Assembly: GCA_043739185.1 (NCBI GenBank)
Contig: JAYUEN010000107.1
Span: 64,106-128,105 of the forward strand
DNA length: 64,000 bases
Direction of reading: 5' to 3'
DNA from: Bdellovibrionales bacterium
GTDB taxonomy: Bacteria > Bdellovibrionota > Bdellovibrionia > Bdellovibrionales > JAMPXM01
Shown one piece after another: positions 27,113 through 35,861 of the stretch. Numbering within the stretch: the stretch's first letter is position 1; every line of letters starts with the position of its first letter. The notes below the pieces were generated by a model. That model was not told the DNA's origin, did not search any database, and was given only the letters and a program-made list of their open reading frames with translations. Position numbers and translations under genes: made by a program.

Positions 27113-27970
27113 CTAATCTAGTTTGATGGCCGCTTTCATATATTGACCTTCACAAATAAAATCTGCCGGTCCAATTAGGTTTGCCTTCGTTACAACTTCA
27201 TTTGCTGCCTGCACAATTTCAACTCGAAGTTCTCCGCCTGGCGTGTGTAGATGCACTTCGGCCGCGCGTTTTGTTTTCCAGATACAAATGGCGGCCGCAA
27301 TTACGCCCGTTCCACAAGAAAGCGTGAAGTCTTCAACTCCACGCTCAAAGGTCTCGGTTTCGCCGCCAAATAAAAAACTCACATTTGCCCCCGCGAGGCC
27401 TGCAGACGCATGAAATCGAAAGGCTCCCACCAACTCATTTTTTTCAACTTGCGTAAGCTTTGCTTTCGACATGCAAACAAAGTGCGGCACGCCGGAGTTG
27501 ATAAAATAAACTTTGATCATCTTGTGTAAAACGTCTTTGTACGCCAAGAGCTCTTTTGCTTTCAAGTCTACTTCTTTGGGCTCGGCGTTTAAATTGTGGA
27601 GCTGAACTACAAATTGCTCTCTATCGCTTTGTTTGCGAAGAGAAACTTTGATTTCGCCAATAGCGCTTTCAAAAAGTAAATCAATGCGTTTCAGATTGCG
27701 ATAGGTCCATCGGCCAAAGCAGCGAGCAGCATTTCCGCAAAACTCTGCTTGTGAACCGTCGCGATTGTAAAAGTCCCATTTGAGCATTTCAGAATCATGA
27801 TTCTTTTCGACAAAGATAAGCCCATCTGCCCCAACGCCAAGGTGTCGGTCACAAATTTTTTGCGCCAAATGACTTCGCTCTTGCTGGCTTATGCCCGCGG
27901 CGGCGTCGCTCATCAAATCAATGAAAATAAAATCGTTTCCGGTTCCTACCAGTTTTGAAAAGTGAATCAT
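27113..27970 (-). CDS. dapF: Diaminopimelate epimerase
   Basis: 285 aa with GTGNDFIFID, FYNRDGSQAEFCGNAARC and SCGTG, which supply the two catalytic Cys. Confidence 0.92.
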   Translation of the reverse strand: MIHFSKLVGTGNDFIFIDLMSDAAAGISQQERSHLAQKICDRHLGVGADGLIFVEKNHDSEMLKWDFYNRDGSQAEFCGNAARCFGRWTYRNLKRIDLLFESAIGEIKVSLRKQSDREQFVVQLHNLNAEPKEVDLKAKELLAYKDVLHKMIKVYFINSGVPHFVCMSKAKLTQVEKNELVGAFRFHASAGLAGANVSFLFGGETETFERGVEDFTLSCGTGVIAAAICIWKTKRAAEVHLHTPGGELRVEIVQAANEVVTKANLIGPADFICEGQYMKAAIKLD

Positions 27971-27971
27971 C

Positions 27972-28178
27972 TTATTCTTGCTCGGTGCTTTCGTCCGTCT
28001 TGGTGCGAGGCGCCCCTTCGGAGTCTGCGCCCGGGGCAGTAATTAGCGTTTTGTTGGCACGCTTAAATGAGGGTTGTCCGTGACCGAGGGCGGCGGGAGT
28101 AAGCGGCGGCTTAGGATCGCCTTTTACTCCACAACCCGTTATCGCGAGGGCAAAAATCATCATAAAAATATAAAGCAT
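27972..28178 (-). CDS. Small lipoprotein, LptM (YifL)-like
   Basis: 68 aa. Lipobox ITGC is followed by GVKGDPKPP, compared with E. coli YifL LTGCGLKGPLYFP. It sits immediately upstream of dapF, as yifL does in E. coli. Confidence 0.55.
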   Translation of the reverse strand: MLYIFMMIFALAITGCGVKGDPKPPLTPAALGHGQPSFKRANKTLITAPGADSEGAPRTKTDESTEQE

Positions 28179-28210
28179 CTTGAAAATCCCTTCTTAGCGG
28201 AGATCAGCCT

Positions 28211-29062
28211 TTATTGAGCCAGTTTTAATTTTGCCTCGACCTCATCTATACCCTTACACAAATCCACATCCAAATTAAAAAGCTTTCGTTTTCGCGCCGA
28301 AAGTCCTTTGCAGAGCTGCAAATATTTTTGGGCGCTTTGACGATCCGGAGTTCCTAGGGCGGCTGAGGTTTGCCACTTCCAAAAGTAAACCTCGGGATAT
28401 TCCGGCGACTGGGCTTCCCAGTTAGAAATAAGTTGTTTGGCCTTTTTATAATCTTTTTTAAAATAACTCTGTTCAATTGAAAAGACCTTTAGATATTTTT
28501 CGACTCCCTCGAGATCAATTTCTTTTGACTCAAGGGCGTCCTTGATTGAGTTCTCATCTTTGCGACATTGAAAGTTTTGAATTTTTAAAAGTTGAAATTC
28601 CGCAGTGATCGAATCAAAGTTCTCGGCACTCTTTAGCGTTGTCTCGGCTCCACGACAATCATCAATTCGCAATTGTGCTCGCGCCAGGGACTTTAAAATA
28701 GCAATATTACCCTCTTCTAGTTTGAGTGCTTCCTGAAACTTCTCGATGGCTTCTTTGGTTTTGTTTTCTGAGAGGGCTTCTCCTTGAGCAAAAATTGCCT
28801 GGGCCTGATCCGTATAAAATACCGTGCTCAGTGACACTAAGCTCTCTTTCAGCTCTTTATAGCCCACGGTATTTCGCGGCTCTTTTTGAAGCGCCCGCTG
28901 CAATATTTGACAAGCTTGAAGGCGATCGTGTTGCAAGGATAGGTTTTGCGACTTTAAAATAAGCTCCTTGAAGCTTTCTTTCTGGTTTGCCCCTGCGGTC
29001 TGCCATAAAAAAAGGCCAACGAGGAGGCCCGGCGCAATTTTAAAAATATTCCGAATGCTCAT
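28211..29062 (-). CDS. Secreted TPR-repeat protein
   Basis: 283 aa with a signal peptide and several 34-aa A/Y/L-patterned repeats. Its start shares 1 nt with the ftsK stop (TGATG). Confidence 0.55.
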   Translation of the reverse strand: MSIRNIFKIAPGLLVGLFLWQTAGANQKESFKELILKSQNLSLQHDRLQACQILQRALQKEPRNTVGYKELKESLVSLSTVFYTDQAQAIFAQGEALSENKTKEAIEKFQEALKLEEGNIAILKSLARAQLRIDDCRGAETTLKSAENFDSITAEFQLLKIQNFQCRKDENSIKDALESKEIDLEGVEKYLKVFSIEQSYFKKDYKKAKQLISNWEAQSPEYPEVYFWKWQTSAALGTPDRQSAQKYLQLCKGLSARKRKLFNLDVDLCKGIDEVEAKLKLAQ

Positions 29063-31446
29063 CAGGTATCTTTATATGATGTGACCAAGACTTGTCTAGG
29101 TTTGCTGCCGTTTGCCGGGCCCACGACACCCTCCGCCTCGAAGCTTTCAATAATTCTTGCCGCCCGCGGATATCCCAATTTAAATTTTCTTTGCAAAAGT
29201 GAGGCGCTCACTTCTTTCTGTTCGCTCACCCATGAAAGAAGCTGATCATATATTTCGTCATGCTCTTGTCCCGCGCTTCCGTCAGATAAAATGTCGCCCT
29301 CTTCCCCACCGGTGCCAAAGTCAAATCCGCCGCCATTCCCCTCAAGTGCTTTTATCGCCAAAGGATCAAATTGCGGCGCGCCTTGATCAGACCAAAACTT
29401 CATTACGGAAGTAATTTCTGCGTCGGTTAACCACGGGCCATGATGCCGCAATGGTTTTGAAACTCCGGGCGCCAAAAACAACATATCCCCTTGGGCCAAG
29501 AGCCGCTCGGCCCCTGAGTCATCTAGAATAATTCGTGAATCCATCTTGCTGGCTACTTTGAAACTAATGCGCCCCGGAATATTGGTTTTAATTAAACCCG
29601 TCACAACATCCTTGCGTGGCGATTGCATCGCTAAAATAAGATGAATTCCGCAGGCCCTTGCCATTTGTGCCAGTCGCACCACCGCCTGCTCTACATTGAC
29701 CTTGTCTACGGCCATAAGGTCCCCGAACTCTTCAACAACAATGATGATATAGGGTTGGGGGGAAAAATAATATTGTTCTTGGCGCTTGTTTGCGAGATCC
29801 AAATCCGAGTTTATTTTTTCATGCTCTTCAACCTGACTCTTTGAGAGCTTCTCAATGCTTTCATTAAAAGACTCGAGCCCGCGACAACCAAAGCGCGACA
29901 TCGAGCGATAGCGCTTCTCCATTTCACGAATCGCCCACTTAAGCGCCGTTACCGCCTTCTTCGGCTCACGAATAGGTGGCATCAATAAGTGTGGCACCTC
30001 CGAAAAGGCGGCCAAATCGACCTGCTTCGGATCAATCAGAATAAGTCGCAGACTCTTTGGAGAGTGACGAAAGAGAAGGCCCGTAACTAAGCTTACGACA
30101 AAAACCGATTTACCGGAGCCGGTCGTGCCGGCAACCAAAAGGTGTGGCATCTTTCTCAGATCGACAACCTTGGCGTCGCCGTCAGCTTGACGGCCAAGTG
30201 CAAGGGGAAGCTTGGTTTTCTCGTTCCAGAAGTCATCGCTCGCAAGAATATCTTTGAGGTAAACGGTTTCGCGTTGCGAGTTTGAGGTTTCAATTCCCAC
30301 CACGTCTCGACCCGGAATCGGCGCAATGATTCGAACCGATTCACTCGACAGCGCTAAAGAGAGGTCGTCGGCAAGCTCTGTAATTTTAGAAATTTTAACA
30401 TCCGCACTTGGCTTGAACTCGTACATCGTGACTGCGGGACCAGGCTTGGCGCCTTTTACTTCGCCGGTAACCGAAAACTGTGCAAGCTTGTCTGTAAGAA
30501 TCATCGCTTTTCGATCAATTTCTTTTGTCTCGATTCGCACGCGCGAGGCCGGTGGGTCCTCAAGCATCGCAAGTTCTGGCAGCTTCCAATTTTCGATGCG
30601 TCTTTCAACCTTAGTCGTAAGCTGTACCTTGCGGCGCTCAAGCTTTGCTGGCTCTTCGTTTAAAGTTTTTTCTAAGCGCTCTTCAAGTGGCGTGTGAAGA
30701 CTTAGTGGTGGGCTCTCTACCTCTTTGCGATCCATAAAGTTCATTTTAAAACGAAAGAGCTTCTCGGTTGCTCGATCCGCCTCTAGCTTTCCTTCGGTCT
30801 TCGCACTTGGTCTCTCCTGGGCCTTTTCGATTTTCATTTGTGGCTGAACTTTTGCCAAAAGCCCTGATATCCAGCCCCCTAGCTTTGCGCTTGCCGGCAG
30901 AATTAAGCCTAAGGGTTTTATGCTGGCCTTTAAAAACTCAAGCAGGCTCTTTTCAGTATAAAAAATGGCAAGGACTGCAAAAATGGTCCACAAGATAACA
31001 GATACGCCGACAAAATTAAACGCACGGATCAGGCCCTGGGTAATAATGGCTCCGACTAAGCCTCCGGCTCCAATTTGCTTTGAAAAAAACATTTGTTTGG
31101 GCAAATACAGCGCGAGTAGGCTGGACGCATTTATAAGTAAAAAGCCCCCCCAAAAGAACTTGCCGGCCACTGAGCGCGACTGTTTATCGCGTAAGGTTTT
31201 GATACTCATGATGAGTAGTGCCGCCACCAGGCCCCAAGCGCCGAGTCCAAAACCTTGATATAGTATGTCGGCCAAAAAACTACCGATGTAGCCACAGAAG
31301 TTTGAAACTTTATAAGTATTTCCTATTGAATTAAAAGACGGATCCGTCGGCTGAAAACTATACAGCGAAAGGGCTACAAATATTCCCGAAGAAAGAAATA
31401 AAATGACCGCGATATCTTGTCTGAATTTTGTAAAAAATTTTGTCAT
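29062..31446 (-). CDS. ftsK: DNA translocase FtsK
   Basis: 794 aa. It has N-terminal TM helices, a linker, a motor domain with Walker A (AGTTGSGKS) and IIVVEEFGDLM, and a C-terminal gamma domain (LLQRKFKLGYPRAARIIE). Confidence 0.93.
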   Translation of the reverse strand: MTKFFTKFRQDIAVILFLSSGIFVALSLYSFQPTDPSFNSIGNTYKVSNFCGYIGSFLADILYQGFGLGAWGLVAALLIMSIKTLRDKQSRSVAGKFFWGGFLLINASSLLALYLPKQMFFSKQIGAGGLVGAIITQGLIRAFNFVGVSVILWTIFAVLAIFYTEKSLLEFLKASIKPLGLILPASAKLGGWISGLLAKVQPQMKIEKAQERPSAKTEGKLEADRATEKLFRFKMNFMDRKEVESPPLSLHTPLEERLEKTLNEEPAKLERRKVQLTTKVERRIENWKLPELAMLEDPPASRVRIETKEIDRKAMILTDKLAQFSVTGEVKGAKPGPAVTMYEFKPSADVKISKITELADDLSLALSSESVRIIAPIPGRDVVGIETSNSQRETVYLKDILASDDFWNEKTKLPLALGRQADGDAKVVDLRKMPHLLVAGTTGSGKSVFVVSLVTGLLFRHSPKSLRLILIDPKQVDLAAFSEVPHLLMPPIREPKKAVTALKWAIREMEKRYRSMSRFGCRGLESFNESIEKLSKSQVEEHEKINSDLDLANKRQEQYYFSPQPYIIIVVEEFGDLMAVDKVNVEQAVVRLAQMARACGIHLILAMQSPRKDVVTGLIKTNIPGRISFKVASKMDSRIILDDSGAERLLAQGDMLFLAPGVSKPLRHHGPWLTDAEITSVMKFWSDQGAPQFDPLAIKALEGNGGGFDFGTGGEEGDILSDGSAGQEHDEIYDQLLSWVSEQKEVSASLLQRKFKLGYPRAARIIESFEAEGVVGPANGSKPRQVLVTSYKDT

Positions 31447-31721
31447 GCTCCAATTCTATTAGAAATACATTCTCGGGAGTAGTCTGGTTCTAGAGGTTGG
31501 TCGAGCCAATCCAAGCTTTTGTTTTAGAGCGCCTCTAATAATCTCGCGCCCTTGGCGACTCGCCCTTGACCAAGGTAATATCCGCGTGCGACTTGTGGTT
31601 TCAGCGAACTTGCTGACGCCACGAAGATCAAGTTTGCCGAAGTCAACTTAGAATTTAAATTTGTGATGTGTTCCGAAAAATAATTTAACTCTCGCGAAAT
31701 TTTTATCTAAGTTTGGCCCGT

Positions 31722-31730
31722 TGTGGATAA
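31722..31730 (-). promoter_or_regulatory. Perfect DnaA box (TTATCCACA on the minus strand)
   Basis: TGTGGATAA at 31722-31730. It is flanked within 50 bp by three 6/9 matches: TTATCTAAG (31703-31711), TGTGGGTTT (31734-31742) and TTATACAGT (31740-31748). Confidence 0.5.
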
Positions 31731-31928
31731 AATTGTGGGTTTATACAGTCCATCAAGCCGCGAAATAAGTGAAAAATACCTTGGTGAAAAAATTCTTTCA
31801 AAAAAGTCATTTGCGCGCTTGCATCTGTCGCCACATAAGTATATTTGTCCTCCTCTAGTTCGAGGGGTATAACAATTACGCCACTGAGATCAATCGATCG
31901 AAGGGCTATTCATAATCAGTGAGGAAAC

Positions 31929-32255
31929 ATGACACCAAGTCTGAACAGTTCAGATAATCTTTTTGTTGCCAATCTTCAGTCCGTAAGTTTGGAAAAACTT
32001 GTCAAGAGCAAGCTTGAAGTTCTTTTTCAACAACAGAAAGAAACGCAAGTAGAATTAAATGGCCTTTACAATATCGTTATCGAACAGGTCGAAAAGCCGC
32101 TAATTGAGTTGGCTTTAGAGAACTACAAAGGAAACCAAGTTAAAACGGCACAACTCCTCGGAATCAACCGTAATACTTTGAAAAAGAAAATTGACGCTTA
32201 TAAAATTAGAGTTAGCAGGTCCGCAGCGGCCATTGCTGCAAACGCAATAGTTTAG
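31929..32255 (+). CDS. Fis-family small DNA-binding protein
   Basis: 108 aa. The C-terminal LYNIVIEQVEKPLIELALENYKGNQVKTAQLLGINRNTLKKKIDAY aligns with the E. coli Fis helix-turn-helix region. Confidence 0.7.
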   Translation: MTPSLNSSDNLFVANLQSVSLEKLVKSKLEVLFQQQKETQVELNGLYNIVIEQVEKPLIELALENYKGNQVKTAQLLGINRNTLKKKIDAYKIRVSRSAAAIAANAIV

Positions 32256-32537
32256 TATCATCAGCGGGTCATAAGTCTCGATCTTCCTGAAGGGGCCCGC
32301 AAACTTTTTAAATCGAAATCTTTACCGATGCCGATAAACAATTTGGCGCAGACCTTTGTGTCTTGCCTTTTGTTTTTTCTTTTTGGAAGCTGATCTAAGA
32401 CGCCATTTTGTTGGGAAATTGGCCGTTGTTGCTTTCATGCTAGTATCGCGGCCATGACGGTCGCGTAAGAGTTGGGGGGCTATTGTGACTATTTGTTTTA
32501 GACTTCTCAAAAATTTATTCTCTGTGGTGATCCACCT

Positions 32538-33944
32538 ATGATGCGTGTTCCTCCCCACAATCTTGAGGCCGAGCAGGCTATTCTTGGCGGCCTGATGGTA
32601 GACCCCTATTGCTGGGATCAAATCGTAAATGTCGTGCTTGAAAGTGATTTTTATAAGATTGCGCATCAAAAGATTTTTGGCGCCATTCAAGAGCTTTATT
32701 TTAAAGGCTCGCCTGTCGACATAATCACCGTATCAAATTTGCTTTCGGATCAAAAAGCACTCGAGCTAATCGGTGGCGCCTCTTATCTGGCCGAGGTCAT
32801 GAATCAAACACCAACGTCCGCCCATATAGCCGTCTATGCCAAAATCGTACACGAACGGGCTCTTTTAAGAAAATTGATTCATGTCAGCGGCGAAATTATC
32901 GAAAAGTCCTACGGAGATTCTTATTCTTCGGTTGAGAGCTTTCTTGATGAGGTCGAATCTGAGATCTTTAACATTGCCGAAAAGAAGCAAACGGGATTAG
33001 CGAGTGCTGCCGAACTCATTAAGATTTCAATTGATCGCCTGACGGAACTTTCTTCTAAAAAAGAAAGCTGCACTGGAGTTTCAAGCGGTTTCGATCAGCT
33101 AGACAAATTGACGGCAGGTTTTCAGCCCGGTGAATTGACGATTATTGCTGCGCGACCATCAATGGGAAAAACGGCGATAAGTTTAAATATAGCTCAACAT
33201 GCGGCGATTCGAGGAAAAAAGAGTGTCGCTTATTTTTCGGTCGAGATGGCAAAAGAGCAGATGATGATGCGTATGATTGCCAGCGAGGCGCGAGTCAACC
33301 TTTCAGATCTTCGCGTGGGAAGTGTAAATGACAATGCTTGGCCACGCCTTATTGAAAAAGCCTCAAAGATGGCAGAGGCCCCGCTCTTTATTGATGATAC
33401 CTCAGGGATTAGCCCTTATGAAATTCGAGCCAAAGCGCGCCGAATGAAGGCTCAGCACGGACTCGATCTGATTATGGTAGATTATTTGCAGCTCATGCAG
33501 CTCAAGCAACGGGTTGAAAGCCGCGAGCGTGAAGTTTCTGAGATTTCTCGTACTCTCAAGTCGATCGCGAAGGAGCTCCAAATTCCCGTCATTGCGCTAG
33601 CACAGCTCAACCGAGGAGTAGAAGGTCGCTCTGGCCATAAACCAATGCTCTCTGATTTACGCGAATCGGGATCGATCGAACAAGATGCGGACGTGATCAT
33701 GATGCTCTACCGCGAAGAGTACTATGAGCGCGACAATCCGGATGTTAGAGGAAAGGCCGAGGTCATCGTTGGCAAGAATCGTAACGGACCTGTCGGAAAC
33801 GTTCATCTAAAGTGGGAATCACATATTGGTCGCTTTTCGAATCTCGAAGAGAGCTCTGGACAAAATCCTTTGCCGCCACCCCCTCCAAGTATGATTCGAA
33901 ACAAACCTCGAAATATGGCCCCGAATGCGGAGCCACAGCCTTAA
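32538..33944 (+). CDS. dnaB: Replicative DNA helicase DnaB
   Basis: 468 aa with PPHNLEAEQAILGG, Walker A ARPSMGKT, DYLQLM and ALAQLNR. Confidence 0.93.
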   Translation: MMRVPPHNLEAEQAILGGLMVDPYCWDQIVNVVLESDFYKIAHQKIFGAIQELYFKGSPVDIITVSNLLSDQKALELIGGASYLAEVMNQTPTSAHIAVYAKIVHERALLRKLIHVSGEIIEKSYGDSYSSVESFLDEVESEIFNIAEKKQTGLASAAELIKISIDRLTELSSKKESCTGVSSGFDQLDKLTAGFQPGELTIIAARPSMGKTAISLNIAQHAAIRGKKSVAYFSVEMAKEQMMMRMIASEARVNLSDLRVGSVNDNAWPRLIEKASKMAEAPLFIDDTSGISPYEIRAKARRMKAQHGLDLIMVDYLQLMQLKQRVESREREVSEISRTLKSIAKELQIPVIALAQLNRGVEGRSGHKPMLSDLRESGSIEQDADVIMMLYREEYYERDNPDVRGKAEVIVGKNRNGPVGNVHLKWESHIGRFSNLEESSGQNPLPPPPPSMIRNKPRNMAPNAEPQP

Positions 33945-33953
33945 GGGATGTTT

Positions 33954-34949
33954 TTACTTCTCTGCGCTCACCCAGTCCGAATAGGCCAATTTGTATTCGG
34001 GAGCTTGTTCCTTTGCATATGCATATATTTTTTCAAGCTTGGCATTTGTCAATACGGCGGCCAATTTGGCCTGTGAGCCAAGAACATTCTGTCTATTTAG
34101 AATTTCTTCGAGGCTCGTGCTCGGAGCATTTTTCAAGACATCCGCAACGACGAGAGTTTGACTCAGGTTCCCCGCGCCCTCTTCATTATGAAAGTGCAGC
34201 CACTCGCCTTTTTTCATTTTTTTCATAACTCGTACGAGCTGTTCAATTTGTTTGTTTTCAAGATTTGAAATGTCTTTGGCTGCAATCGGAATCCGCGTAT
34301 AGCTCATTTTCTTTTCTTTTAAGTACTGCTGTTCGGTTTCAACTCCATCTGCTTGAACTTGAATTTTTTGCCCACCCTTTTTTAACACTTCACTTAGGTT
34401 TAAATTAAAGTCCTCAACGCCGTCTGGAAGCGTATAAAGTGTTACTTTTTTTTCTTTCTTTAATCCTGCTAATAGATTTTTTTCTTGATCTAAAAAAACT
34501 GGTTCATCAGAGCCAAACTGAATGTTTTGATCGAGCCAAACCACCTGCATATTGTTAACAAAGCCATGCGCATGTGAACTTGTGTCAATAATGTGAATTT
34601 GTTTTGCTTCGCCCAGAGTCCCGGGCGCAGAGTCTGAATTCAGTTTCGACACCAAAAACTCAAATTGCCCTTTAGACAAAACGGCACTTGCTGAAGCGTG
34701 AAGACCTTCTGCGGTTCCGGCCGACATCATTCTGAAGTTTTTGGGGGCTTCTTTTGGGTCTGGCGAGTTGATTAATATAGTAAAAAAGTTTTTGCCATAA
34801 AGATTGGGGGCGGTTAACAATATTGACGCTGGCTTTTGAGCTGCCGCATGCGCTGTGAACCCGATCGCCAGAAAAAACAATAATCCAAAAACCCAAAACA
34901 ACTTAATTAAGTCGTATCGCTTTTCTTTAATGCTCCATGTTTTCTGCAT
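33954..34949 (-). CDS. PTP-like phytase (PTPLP) family homolog with degenerate active site
   Basis: 331 aa with a signal/TM segment. PKNFRMMS, IHIIDTSSHAHGFVN, YTRIPIAA and WLHFHNEEGAGNLS align with the PTPLP motifs NFR, vDLR-E-H, Y-RIP-tD and WLHFHCEAGVGRTT. The P-loop Cys and Arg are both Asn here. Confidence 0.6.
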   Translation of the reverse strand: MQKTWSIKEKRYDLIKLFWVFGLLFFLAIGFTAHAAAQKPASILLTAPNLYGKNFFTILINSPDPKEAPKNFRMMSAGTAEGLHASASAVLSKGQFEFLVSKLNSDSAPGTLGEAKQIHIIDTSSHAHGFVNNMQVVWLDQNIQFGSDEPVFLDQEKNLLAGLKKEKKVTLYTLPDGVEDFNLNLSEVLKKGGQKIQVQADGVETEQQYLKEKKMSYTRIPIAAKDISNLENKQIEQLVRVMKKMKKGEWLHFHNEEGAGNLSQTLVVADVLKNAPSTSLEEILNRQNVLGSQAKLAAVLTNAKLEKIYAYAKEQAPEYKLAYSDWVSAEK

Positions 34950-35117
34950 TCAATTCCCCTTTTTTATACTCAATTTATTATTTATTGAATCCCTGGATCT
35001 CAGTCCTGTCATCCATTTCAAGGTCTAGTTTAAGTTTCGTTCGGAGCTTTCTGTTTGCTTCAAGTTTAACCGATTGATCAACTAGCCTTGTCCTAAGTTT
35101 AAGTCCATGGAGGGATT

Positions 35118-35387
35118 ATGAGCGCTGATTCTCAAGATCAAAACGGCCCAAACATAATCAAAAAGTTAATTTCGGCAACTGGAATTTCTGAAGAGCTCAT
35201 TTCAACAGAGCTTGCAAATTTAAGCTCTCGCGCTGGGATTCACCCTGAGGACTTAACGATTGAAGACTTACGACAAATACTTGCGGAATACGTTCAAGAA
35301 GTATTGCTCTCTGCCAAAGAGCAATTCGATGAAAAAGCGGCTCTAGAAAAGGGCCTGACACCGCTGTTTCCGATAGATGCGAACTGA
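35118..35387 (+). CDS. Small acidic hypothetical protein
   Basis: 89 aa ORF with GGAGGG 5 nt upstream of the ATG. I recognise no motif. Confidence 0.4.
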   Translation: MSADSQDQNGPNIIKKLISATGISEELISTELANLSSRAGIHPEDLTIEDLRQILAEYVQEVLLSAKEQFDEKAALEKGLTPLFPIDAN

Positions 35388-35390
35388 TCT

Positions 35391-35834
35391 CTATTGACGT
35401 TCTACTGAAATTTTGAGGTCCGCCTCTAAGCCATCACCCAACTTAACCGTCGCCTTGTGTTGGCCCAACATTTTAATTGGCTCTTCAATGTGAATGTCTC
35501 TGCGATCAATTGAATAGCCTTGCTTTTCAAGCTCGTTTGAAATGTCGACGTTGGTGATCGAACCAAATAATTTGTCGGTATCGCCTGCGCCCGATTTAAA
35601 AATGAGGCTAACGCCAGTCAATTTTTTCACAACTTCTGCGCGCTCTGCCACGGCTTTTTTCTTTTTAATTTCTGCAACTTTTTTCAAATGTTCAAATTCG
35701 TGAACACGTTTTTCAGTTGCTTCTGAAGCAAGCTTTCTTGGAAACAAAAAGTTTCTGGCGTAACCCACGGCCACATTAACGAGGTCGCCAACTTTTCCGA
35801 GGTTTTTAACGTCTTTTTGTAAAATTACTTTCAT
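35391..35834 (-). CDS. rplI: 50S ribosomal protein L9
   Basis: 147 aa. [36 protein letters not shown] is canonical L9. Confidence 0.93.
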   Translation of the reverse strand: MKVILQKDVKNLGKVGDLVNVAVGYARNFLFPRKLASEATEKRVHEFEHLKKVAEIKKKKAVAERAEVVKKLTGVSLIFKSGAGDTDKLFGSITNVDISNELEKQGYSIDRRDIHIEEPIKMLGQHKATVKLGDGLEADLKISVERQ

Positions 35835-35861
35835 AATGACCTTCTTTCAAAAGTTTCTAAA

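Noticed and set aside
31447-31928. This intergenic region as the chromosomal origin (oriC)
   Set aside because: It has only one perfect DnaA box plus weak matches, and no obvious AT-rich 13-mer-type repeats. The recF-like/gyrB arrangement at the right edge suggests the dnaA region lies outside the window.
32322-32690. 122-aa minus-strand ORF spanning the fis-like/dnaB spacer and the dnaB 5' end
   Set aside because: It overlaps the well-supported dnaB start, has no ribosome-binding site and has a basic low-complexity composition. It is a typical shadow ORF.
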